Shown in pieces: positions 42,492-50,544 of a stretch of 64,000 nt of DNA (position 1 is its first letter; the number at the start of each line of letters is the position of its first letter). The notes under the pieces are model-generated. The model ran no database searches and was not told the origin of the DNA. It worked only from the letters and a program-made list of their open reading frames with translations. This DNA is from Nitrospinales bacterium (GTDB lineage: Bacteria > Nitrospinota > Nitrospinia > Nitrospinales > VA-1): positions 608,001 to 672,000 of the forward strand of contig CBDCWG010000012.1 in the NCBI GenBank assembly GCA_965223345.1. Direction: 5' to 3'. The translations under genes were made by a program, and so were the position numbers.

Positions 42492-42698
42492 ATGTTCCAT
42501 CAGGTAAAAATCATCGATCCGAAAGGGAAAGTCAAAAAAATTCTGTCGCCCAAAAAGCTGAGTAAGAGTTACTGGGGAGAGTTTTTCGACCCGGACAACA
42601 AATCCCGGCAAAAATCGCCGAGAAGGAAAAAAACCAAACCGGTCAGAAACAGGAAAGCCGATCTGAGTTACGATCCGGTTTACTTCTCCGAAGACTGA
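42492..42698 (+). CDS. Small basic hypothetical protein
   Basis: GGAGG RBS; 68 aa. Confidence 0.65.
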   Translation: MFHQVKIIDPKGKVKKILSPKKLSKSYWGEFFDPDNKSRQKSPRRKKTKPVRNRKADLSYDPVYFSED

Positions 42699-42952
42699 AA
42701 TTTCAGGGAGACCCTTTAGATGGCCTGACTCCTAATCCTCCACCAAAGGTTGAGTTGGAACATTTTAAAATTTCCCTGATTACGTGAGGGGGAATCCCTG
42801 CGGTTTCCCCTCGCGTGCCCCATTCCCCGCCTCACCCATTTAAAAACCACTCCCATAAAAAATAAAACCCGTGTTCTACACAAACGAAACCGCGTGCGCG
42901 CAAACACAGCGCAAGGGGTGGGGTCTGCGAATGTTTCGGAGAGGGGTTGCGG

Positions 42953-43837
42953 TCAGCGCGGAAAGCGCTGGGTCTTGGAGAGGCCCTTCTGTCTGAAATC
43001 CTGGCCCTGGATCATCACGAACTTGCACATCTCCGCCAGCCGGGAATAGATGCGGGCGCCGATCTTGTCCTGCAGCCGCTCGCGCGTGTAGCCGTCGGCG
43101 AAACTGGAATCGCCGTTGTCGGAGTAGGAGGGGGCGTCGTGGCGGATCGCCAGCTCGCTGGGATAGTTGGTGGTGAACAGCGTCACCTTGTCGGCGGCGT
43201 TGTAGCGGCTTGAGATCAACTGGTCGAGAACGGTGAGTTCCCATTCGGTGTTTCTGCCTTTGGCCAGCTCGTCGATGACGAGGACGCGGGAACGCAGGTA
43301 AGGATAGAGGATCGCCTGATCGGACAAATCCTGCGAGTAACCGTGGCGGATGTCGGACAGAAGCTGGAAGAAATCCACGAAACGGCAGTCCACCCCGTGC
43401 TGGAGGATGAGGGTTTTCAGGATCGCCACCGAGAGGTGCGTCTTGCCGAGTCCGGGATCGCCCATAAAGACCAATCCTGCATTTTTCTTTCCCTTGCCTT
43501 CCACCCAGTCCTTGACGAAATCCATGGCGATGCGTTTCGCCCGTCCCTGGGACTGTTTGCCCTTGTCGTAGGAATCGAAATCGGCGTTCAGGAACTTTCC
43601 GGGGATGCCGGCGTCGCTGAGGATGCGAAAGCGCTTCTTCATGAGCGTGCAGTCGCAATCGGAGAGAAACGCGACGCCGTTTTCCTTTTCGTAAAACACG
43701 CGTCCCTCGCCGCCGCACAGGCCGCATTGATAGCAGGAACAGGTTTCCGCCTGGACATGGCCTTCGCGATTCAAAAACACGAAGCCCCGTCCCTGGCAGG
43801 ACGTGCACGCATCCAGTTGGGGTTGGACGTTTGGCAT
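42953..43837 (-). CDS. DnaC/DnaI/IstB-like AAA+ ATPase with a Cys-rich N-terminus
   Basis: CxxC motifs; GIP.KF..A.F; GDPGLGKTHL; LVIDEL; TTN; RIYSRL.EMC. Confidence 0.88.
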   Translation of the reverse strand: MPNVQPQLDACTSCQGRGFVFLNREGHVQAETCSCYQCGLCGGEGRVFYEKENGVAFLSDCDCTLMKKRFRILSDAGIPGKFLNADFDSYDKGKQSQGRAKRIAMDFVKDWVEGKGKKNAGLVFMGDPGLGKTHLSVAILKTLILQHGVDCRFVDFFQLLSDIRHGYSQDLSDQAILYPYLRSRVLVIDELAKGRNTEWELTVLDQLISSRYNAADKVTLFTTNYPSELAIRHDAPSYSDNGDSSFADGYTRERLQDKIGARIYSRLAEMCKFVMIQGQDFRQKGLSKTQRFPR

Positions 43838-43978
43838 TGAATTTTCAGGTGTTACAGTTGAAGGTGAAACGAATCTATGAGGAAAAGAATAAACTCAAAA
43901 TTGTGGATTTGAGTGATTGTTGTGTGGGAGAAAAAAGCCGGTTGCGTTGATCCGATCTGTAATGATCACGCAAGGATT

Positions 43979-44248
43979 TTACGCCTGCTTGAATTCGCTT
44001 TCAATAAATTTTTCGAGGGAAGAGAGGGAAACCTTTTGCGCAAAGGGTTTCCGATTTCTTTTTTTCTGTTCGTGAAAACCTTTCTCGATGGCGCGGCACA
44101 CGGTGTTGACGGGAATGCCCTGCTGCTCCCAGCGGCTGATGAGATGATAATCGTTGGAAGAGAGGAAAAGGCCGGAATCCTTCAGGGTGAGAAAAAACTT
44201 TTCGACGGCGCTGATGTAGTTCAACGGCTGCTTGTTGAGGAAACCCAC
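43979..44248 (-). CDS. Small protein, possibly DnaD-like, upstream of the DnaC-like ATPase
   Basis: LSSNDYHLISRWEQQGIPVNTVCRAIE..SLSSLEKFI pattern; gene context. Confidence 0.6.
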   Translation of the reverse strand: MGFLNKQPLNYISAVEKFFLTLKDSGLFLSSNDYHLISRWEQQGIPVNTVCRAIEKGFHEQKKRNRKPFAQKVSLSSLEKFIESEFKQA

Positions 44249-44427
44249 GTTTCATTCCCGATGGAGGTGCGTTGCTTGCCTTGCGCGCCGTGCGTGCGGC
44301 ACTCAAGGCGGATCGTCTTTTCAGGTTAAGGCATTCGCACTGGCTTTGCAACTTGCGAATGCGGAGTCGCGCTCAGAGCCGCTCCCAGACTGGAGAAGCG
44401 GCCGGGTGCCTGCAACGCCCCCACGCA

Positions 44428-45144
44428 TCAGGACTTGATATCCAGAAGCGTTCCCAAAAGATCGTCCGAGGCTTTGATCACCTTTGCGTTGGCCTTGAAT
44501 GCGGTTTTGGCGACGATCTGGTTCACGGCTTCTTCGGCGAGGTTCACATTGGAGCTTTCCAGCGCACCGGACACCAGCGTGCCGCGGCCTCCGGTTCCCG
44601 GAAGCCCGCTGACGGGCGTCCCCGATGTGGGGGAAGCGGTGAACAGGTTGCCGCCCTGGGCGGTGAGCCCGCCGGGGTTGTTGAAGTCCGCCAGTTCGAT
44701 GTTGCCCAGCGTCACGGAGGTTCCCCCCACCTGTGCGGTGACCTGTCCCGACTGCGACACGCCCACCGAGGTCGCGCCCTGGGGCACGGAGATCGCCGGC
44801 GTCAACGGATCGCCGGACAAGTTGGTCAACTGACCGTTTGCGTCCACTTTGAAGTTGCCGGCGCGGGTGTAGCCGGTGCCGCCGCCGCTCAGGCTCACTT
44901 GAAAAAAGCCGTCGCCGTTGACGGCAAGCGAAAACGGATCGGAAGAGGGGATCAAGGCGCCGGGGCCGGTGCTTTTGCCGATTCCCAATACCTGGGAACC
45001 GCCGGTTGCGTTGTCGGCGATCTGCGCTTCGCCTTTTTTGAATCCCGGCGTTTGCAGATTGGCGACGTTGTTGGCGCTGGTCTCGAGTTTCCTGGACGCG
45101 GTCCTATGACCGGACAGGGCGTTGTACAGGGACTGGATGATCAT
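44428..45144 (-). CDS. Orphan flagellar rod/hook-family protein (FlgG/FlgE-like)
   Basis: ANNVANLQTPGFK, GDGFFQV, YTRAGNF, LESSNVNLAEE motifs. Confidence 0.88.
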   Translation of the reverse strand: MIIQSLYNALSGHRTASRKLETSANNVANLQTPGFKKGEAQIADNATGGSQVLGIGKSTGPGALIPSSDPFSLAVNGDGFFQVSLSGGGTGYTRAGNFKVDANGQLTNLSGDPLTPAISVPQGATSVGVSQSGQVTAQVGGTSVTLGNIELADFNNPGGLTAQGGNLFTASPTSGTPVSGLPGTGGRGTLVSGALESSNVNLAEEAVNQIVAKTAFKANAKVIKASDDLLGTLLDIKS

Positions 45145-45203
45145 GGAAGACCCTTGAATGAGGAACCGGGACGGGGTCGAATGCGTTTGCAACCCCCTGA
45201 ATC

Positions 45204-45716
45204 TCAGTATAGAACCTCGGAGGCGGGGTTCAACGGCATATTGCCGAATCCGCTTTTTTTCAAGGGTTTCAGGGAGAGGGTCATGGCGGTTTCGTCGCAG
45301 TTGTCCTTGTGCAGGCAACCCTCGCAGTCGTTGTAGACTTTCACCGGCAACGACTGCTTGTCGACGATTTGAAAACCGAGCCGGGTGAAAAGATCCACCG
45401 CGTAGGTGAACACGAACAGCGTTTCGCAGCCGGAGACCAGCGCTTCTTCGATGCAGGCGCGCACCAGGGCGCTGCCAATGCCGCGCCGGTAGTGGGTGGG
45501 GTGCACAGCCAGCGAGCGGATTTCCAGCAGCGGCTCCCAACCTGTTTTCAGGCTGCACAGCGCGACGACGCAGCCCTCGTGCTCGGCGACCCAGAACTCG
45601 CCGATGTTGGCGCGGATCTCTTCCAGAGAGCGGGCGAGCATCTGCCCCTGCTCCGCGTACAGAAGAATGAGGCTCTGGATGGCCGCCGCATCTTGAATTG
45701 TGGCTTTTCGGATCAT
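45204..45716 (-). CDS. argA: Short GNAT-type N-acetylglutamate synthase
   Basis: EIRSLAV..GIG..LV and LP.KV..DC..C..CDE.A motifs; near argH. Confidence 0.75.
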   Translation of the reverse strand: MIRKATIQDAAAIQSLILLYAEQGQMLARSLEEIRANIGEFWVAEHEGCVVALCSLKTGWEPLLEIRSLAVHPTHYRRGIGSALVRACIEEALVSGCETLFVFTYAVDLFTRLGFQIVDKQSLPVKVYNDCEGCLHKDNCDETAMTLSLKPLKKSGFGNMPLNPASEVLY

Positions 45717-45735
45717 GCTTTGTTCCTGATTATTC

Positions 45736-46947
45736 TCAAACCGCCTGTTGATCGTCCAGCGCCTCGGCATCGTCGAGGTTGCGGGTCACCGCATCCAGAA
45801 GATCCCGGTGCGAATCCACCGCGTCGCCGGGGTAGGAAGCGGTGGCCAGCTTCATCGCGAGCGCTTCGAACCCCTTCAATTCCGGGAAGCGCAGCCCGGC
45901 CAGCGCGGTCTCGACCCGTTTGGCGACACGCACCGCCCCTGCACGATCGATCTGGGGCAAAAGCGCCAGAAACTCGTCGGTGTCCGTTCGGACCAATGTA
46001 TCGCAGGAGCGGCAGTGGCTTCTGAGAATCTCGCCGATGCTTTTCTGGATGGTTTCTGCGGCGGTGTTCCCCCAAGTATCCAAAAGATCGCTGAAATAGT
46101 CAATGCGGATTTTGATGCAGGACAGGCTTTTCCCGCGCCGTTTCGCCAGATCGAATTCCCTGAACAGCACCGGATCGAGATACGCCCGATTGTACAACCC
46201 CGTGGGCGCGTCGGTGACGCTGCCGGTTTTGAGCCGCTCGATCATCAGGATATGATCGATGGCGATGGCGAGCTTTTCCGCCATGCCCTCGAGAAAATCG
46301 GTGCGCAGGCCGGGGTAAAAATGAAACGCCCGCGTGCTGCCCAGCACGATGGCCCCGGCGATCTCGCCGCGCACGCGGATGGGAATCAGCGCTTCGGAAC
46401 GAATGGACTCGGCCGCTTCGCAATCGGCGAACACTTTGGAATCGTCCTTCACCTCCCCGCGCAGAACCGGCGCACCGCCCTCCTCGAACCAGGCGGCCAC
46501 GGTTTCCGGTGCGACGAACTTCAGCGCCCGGCTGCTGTCGGGACCGCATTTTTCCTGCAGCCGGCTTTCGATGAAATGATCGCCGCCCTCTGTCAGACAC
46601 ACGCGCACGTGCGGAATCGCGAAACGGGTGGTGATCTCCTCTTCCAGCTGGTTCACCAGTTGATCCAGGTTGGAGCTTTTGAGGATCAGCCGTTCGATCT
46701 CGGCGAGGTGCTCCTGAATGGTCTGGTTGGCCTGCGACACCTCCACCAGCCAGTCGAGATGACTTTTCAGATGCTCCTTGTCGTCGTGCGCGCGCTTGAT
46801 GATGCGGTCGGTGAGGCTCACCGTGCCTTTCGGTTCGAGCGGCAGATCGGTTGCGTCGATCGCTTTTATTTTAGCCAGCAGTTCGGGGTAGTCGTTGAAA
46901 AATTCCAAATGCTCGTCGAGGTAAAGGGCGATTTGGTCTTTGTTCAT
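45736..46947 (-). CDS. DUF484/YigA (GAF-like) domain fused to a degenerate GGDEF domain
   Basis: IALYLDEHLEFFNDYPELL..GTVSL N-terminus; F.PG..TDFL; TDAPTGLYNR; DTDEF in place of GGDEF. Confidence 0.8.
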   Translation of the reverse strand: MNKDQIALYLDEHLEFFNDYPELLAKIKAIDATDLPLEPKGTVSLTDRIIKRAHDDKEHLKSHLDWLVEVSQANQTIQEHLAEIERLILKSSNLDQLVNQLEEEITTRFAIPHVRVCLTEGGDHFIESRLQEKCGPDSSRALKFVAPETVAAWFEEGGAPVLRGEVKDDSKVFADCEAAESIRSEALIPIRVRGEIAGAIVLGSTRAFHFYPGLRTDFLEGMAEKLAIAIDHILMIERLKTGSVTDAPTGLYNRAYLDPVLFREFDLAKRRGKSLSCIKIRIDYFSDLLDTWGNTAAETIQKSIGEILRSHCRSCDTLVRTDTDEFLALLPQIDRAGAVRVAKRVETALAGLRFPELKGFEALAMKLATASYPGDAVDSHRDLLDAVTRNLDDAEALDDQQAV

Positions 46948-47061
46948 TGGCGTAACCTGCCTGAAAAAGAATGGATGGATGTCAAACGGGTACAACGAAA
47001 ATGCGTTCGTTTCTTTATGGCACGGTGCGGGCGCCGCTTGCAGCTTGAGCGCACACGCCCA

Positions 47062-47220
47062 TCAATACCCGCCGGGTCGTTTGTCCGAGTAGCCGGGGGC
47101 GCCCCGGGGCGGCGGTTTGCCGTCGCTGGGTTTGGGCGGGGCTTTGTGCCCGCAGGCGGTCACAAACAGCAGCGCCGCCGCAAGCAGCGCGCCCAAAAGC
47201 GAAGCGGAGATTCGTTTCAT
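47062..47220 (-). CDS. Small lipoprotein (LptM/YifL-like)
   Basis: Lipobox VTAC followed by GHKAPPKP; directly after argH; an alternative start at 47247 overlaps the argH stop. Confidence 0.65.
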   Translation of the reverse strand: MKRISASLLGALLAAALLFVTACGHKAPPKPSDGKPPPRGAPGYSDKRPGGY

Positions 47221-47243
47221 GCTTTTGTTTCCCGGTGAGGGGT

Positions 47244-48638
47244 TCATTTTTTTTTCGTCCGGCTGGTTTTCAATTGCTTCTGCCAGCGCGCGATCTGTTC
47301 GCGCACACGTTTTTTTGCGGTGCCGCCGTAGGATTGTTTGGCGTCGATGGAGTTTTCGATGCGCAGCCGCTCGTAGACATCGCCTGCGATTTTCGGTGAA
47401 ATCTTTTTCAGCTCGGCGAGTGGGATTTCCGCCAGCGTTTTTTTGCGTTTCAGGCACAGCGCCACGGTTTTGCCGGTGATGGCGTGCGCCTCGCGGAACG
47501 GCACGCCCTTCATCGCCAGATAATCGGCGAGGTCGGTGGCGGTCATGAAGCCCTGCGCTTCCAGATCGTCGGGATCGAGTTTTTTGAACTTCGCGGTTTT
47601 CAGCATGCCGTTCATCACGTTGAGCGACATCCGCACGGTGAGCACGCTGTCGAACAACGGTTCTTTGTCCTCCTGCAGATCGCGGTTGTACGCCATCGGC
47701 AAGGATTTCATCAGGGTGAGGAGCGCCACGAGGTTGCCGTACACGCGGCCGGTTTTTCCGCGCACCAGCTCGGCGGGATCGGGATTTTTTTTCTGCGGCA
47801 TGATGCTCGACCCGGTGGAAAACGCATCGGAAAGCTCTATGAAATCGAACTCGCTGGAAGACCACAGGATGATCTCTTCACAAAAACGGCTCAGATGCAT
47901 CATCACGATGGCGGCCGCCGAGAGAAACTCGATGATGAAATCCCGGTCGCCCACCGAATCCATGCTGTTGGCGGACACGGCGGGAAACTTCAGCAGCCGT
48001 GCGGTGTATTTGCGGTCGATGTTGAAATTGGTTCCGGCGAGCGCCGCGGAACCGAGCGGCATCACGTCGATGCGCTTGAGCGCGTCGGCGAGCCGTTCCT
48101 TATCCCGCATCAGCATTTCCAGGTGCGCCAGCAGATGGTGCGAGAGCAGCACCGGCTGCGCCCGTTGCAGGTGCGTGTAGCCGGGCAGGATGTGGCCGAG
48201 GTTTTTCTGCGCCAGCGACAGCAGCGTTTTGCAGAGCTGGGTGATCTCTTTGATGATGGCTGTTGTTTCTTCGCGCAGATACATGCGCACATCGAGACAC
48301 ACCTGATCGTTGCGGCTGCGCGCGGTGTGCAGCTTGCCCGCCACCGGTCCGATCAGCTCGGCCAGCCGGGTTTCGATGTTCATGTGGATGTCTTCCAGAT
48401 CCTCGCGCAGCGGGAAGGTTCCGGCTTCGAATTCCTTGAGGATCTTTTGCAGACCCGAAACGATTTTTTTCGTCTCTGCGGCAGTGAGGATCTTGCATTT
48501 TTCCAGCATTTTGCAATGCGCGATGCTGCCTTCGATGTCGTGGCGGTAGAGCAGGTGGTCGTAGCCGATCGATGCGGAGAATTGCTCCATCAACCGGTCG
48601 GTGGCATCGCTGAATCTGCCGCTCCAAGGCTTTTTCAC
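47244..48638 (-). CDS. argH: Argininosuccinate lyase
   Basis: WSGRF, EDIHMNIE, HTARSRNDQV, GSSIMPQKKNPD motifs. Confidence 0.97.
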   Translation of the reverse strand: MKKPWSGRFSDATDRLMEQFSASIGYDHLLYRHDIEGSIAHCKMLEKCKILTAAETKKIVSGLQKILKEFEAGTFPLREDLEDIHMNIETRLAELIGPVAGKLHTARSRNDQVCLDVRMYLREETTAIIKEITQLCKTLLSLAQKNLGHILPGYTHLQRAQPVLLSHHLLAHLEMLMRDKERLADALKRIDVMPLGSAALAGTNFNIDRKYTARLLKFPAVSANSMDSVGDRDFIIEFLSAAAIVMMHLSRFCEEIILWSSSEFDFIELSDAFSTGSSIMPQKKNPDPAELVRGKTGRVYGNLVALLTLMKSLPMAYNRDLQEDKEPLFDSVLTVRMSLNVMNGMLKTAKFKKLDPDDLEAQGFMTATDLADYLAMKGVPFREAHAITGKTVALCLKRKKTLAEIPLAELKKISPKIAGDVYERLRIENSIDAKQSYGGTAKKRVREQIARWQKQLKTSRTKKK

Positions 48639-48687
48639 TGCAAACGCTCCCAAAGCTGTTGAGACAATCCGGGGAAAAAGGGGGGAA

Positions 48688-49839
48688 TCACGCGGCCGGG
48701 CGGGGCAGGGTGTTCGAGTGCGGCCGCCATTTGTCCTTCTGCACGATGTTCACCCGGGTTCCTTCGGGAACCATTTTGGCGAGAAAATGCAGGTACCATT
48801 CCTGAATGTTGGGGCAACCGGCGCTGCCGTTTCTCCAGTCGAAATTCTTTTTGTAAAATTCGTTCACTTTGCTCGTGTTGACTCCGTGCAGGCCGTAGCT
48901 GCCGGGAACCTGGGCGCCGATTTTTTTCATCCCCATCCACCAGTGGCCGATCTCGTGGTCCTCGTGCCCGAAGGGAATGGCGCGCACCTTCACCTTGCCG
49001 CCGATCCGTTCCTTCTTGTACCAGGTGGGTTTGTACACCTTGTTCACGATTCTGTATTCGCCGATCGGGGTTTCCTCGCCCGCGCGGCCGAATATCGATT
49101 CGATTTCAAGGATTTCCTCATCGTCGTAATAGACGCGGATCATGCCGCTGTCCACGATGCCTAGAATATACCATAGGTTCGGATCGGATTTGTAACTGGC
49201 GATCTTGCGCTTGTTGAAATACAGGCCCATGTGATCGCCCTTGCGGATGTACTGGGTGTGCGGGTCGTTGTGGACGCGCTTGATGATGTATTTGAGGTTT
49301 TCGGTGACCTTGTTGTTGGCGATCATCTGCTCCACCATCTGGCTGAGCTCCTGGTTGTTTCTTTTGGTCTTGGCGAGCTCCAGGGCGGCGGTCTCCAGAT
49401 CGGTGCGGATGCGTTCGTAGCCTTCTTTCGACGCCAGGCCGATGCGGTTCAGCCCGGCGTAGTAGGCGAAGTCTATCTCGCGGCGGGTTTCCTCATCGAG
49501 CAGAAACTGGTACACCAGCCAGCCTGCGGCGATCAGCATGACCACGGCGGAGGCGGTGATCTTCAGCGTGTCCTTGACCCGTTTGGACAAACGGTAGCGG
49601 GCCACTTCGAATCTGACTTTTTTTTCCTTGTCTTCCAGCGCCAGGAAGCGGGCGTGCTTGAATTTCTGGAAGAGGCGCTGTTCCAGATGGGACCGGTTGC
49701 AGGGGTTGCCCCGGAGTTGTTCGATGACGCGGTAGAGGTTTTCGCGGGTTTTGCGGTCGTAGCTGCCGCGGGGATCCTTGTTGGCAATGAGATTGTAATC
49801 GGTCACCTTGAGGACCGACAGCTTGCTGTTTTCACTCAT
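48688..49839 (-). CDS. Membrane-anchored L,D-transpeptidase (YkuD family) with an unannotated cytoplasmic N-terminal domain
   Basis: TM at about aa 94-113; coiled coil; ETPIGEY..K..P.W; YGLHG..GSAGC (His/Cys). Confidence 0.85.
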   Translation of the reverse strand: MSENSKLSVLKVTDYNLIANKDPRGSYDRKTRENLYRVIEQLRGNPCNRSHLEQRLFQKFKHARFLALEDKEKKVRFEVARYRLSKRVKDTLKITASAVVMLIAAGWLVYQFLLDEETRREIDFAYYAGLNRIGLASKEGYERIRTDLETAALELAKTKRNNQELSQMVEQMIANNKVTENLKYIIKRVHNDPHTQYIRKGDHMGLYFNKRKIASYKSDPNLWYILGIVDSGMIRVYYDDEEILEIESIFGRAGEETPIGEYRIVNKVYKPTWYKKERIGGKVKVRAIPFGHEDHEIGHWWMGMKKIGAQVPGSYGLHGVNTSKVNEFYKKNFDWRNGSAGCPNIQEWYLHFLAKMVPEGTRVNIVQKDKWRPHSNTLPRPAA

Positions 49840-49979
49840 ATGCCAGGATTCAGAGAGGGTCGTTTTTTATTGCCGAGCCGGGGAGTGGGCTCCCGCTCGA
49901 GGGATCGGTGCCTCCTAATGAAGTTATAGTTTAAACAAAATACAGTGATTTTCCAAGTAATTAATCGACAAAACCCTTG

Positions 49980-50540
49980 TTATCCCGTGGATAACAGCCG
50001 TCCCGGTTTGGGCTTGTCCTTGACCTGGAATTCCTGCGGCTGGCGCGGCATGGTGCTTTTGCCCTCGAAGATGGCGCCCATCTCGATGTGGATCGAGGGG
50101 GTCTGGATGGTGCCCTTGAGCGTGCCGCCGTCGGCGATCTTCACCTGGCTGAGCGCCTGCACGTCGCCTTCGATGCGGCCTTCGCAAACCACCGCACCGG
50201 CGGACACGGTGCCGCGCACCCATCCGTCCGGTTCGACGAAGAGGGTTTCCTTGAGGATGATCTCGCCGTCGAAGTGACCGCGCACCCGCATACCGCCGGG
50301 GTGCATGATCCGGCCTTCGGATTCGGTGCCGGCTTCCAGCAGGATGTCGAAGTGGCTGTCGGAGAACTTCTTGTAGATTTTCTTCTCGCGGCTGGTGCAG
50401 CGGTTGAGGTTGTCCGCCAGCTTCTGGATGATGCGGTAGAGGTTCTCGCGGGTGGCGGTTTCGTAAGTACCGCCGGGTTCCTTGTCCTTGATCAGTTCGT
50501 ACTCGGGGCCGGATAAAACTTTGAATTTTTTTCCAAACAT
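49980..50540 (-). CDS. Bactofilin (polymer-forming cytoskeletal) protein with an extra N-terminal domain
   Basis: Bactofilin repeats MRVRGHFDGEI..V.G.V.A..V..G.IEG.V.A..V.I..G.I..I.IE.GA.FEG. Confidence 0.88.
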   Translation of the reverse strand: MFGKKFKVLSGPEYELIKDKEPGGTYETATRENLYRIIQKLADNLNRCTSREKKIYKKFSDSHFDILLEAGTESEGRIMHPGGMRVRGHFDGEIILKETLFVEPDGWVRGTVSAGAVVCEGRIEGDVQALSQVKIADGGTLKGTIQTPSIHIEMGAIFEGKSTMPRQPQEFQVKDKPKPGRLLSTG

Positions 50541-50544
50541 GGCT

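Noticed and set aside
42953..43837. IstB of an IS21 element
   Set aside because: No istA transposase or terminal repeats nearby; the N-terminal Cys-rich region fits DnaC/DnaI-like loaders better.
44428..45558. 376-aa version of the orphan rod protein
   Set aside because: The N-terminal extension overlaps argA in another frame; family similarity starts at MIIQSLY (45144).
49979..49995. GTTATCC-CGT-GGATAAC as DnaA boxes/oriC
   Set aside because: A single mismatched box inside a gene end; no box cluster and no dnaA in the window.
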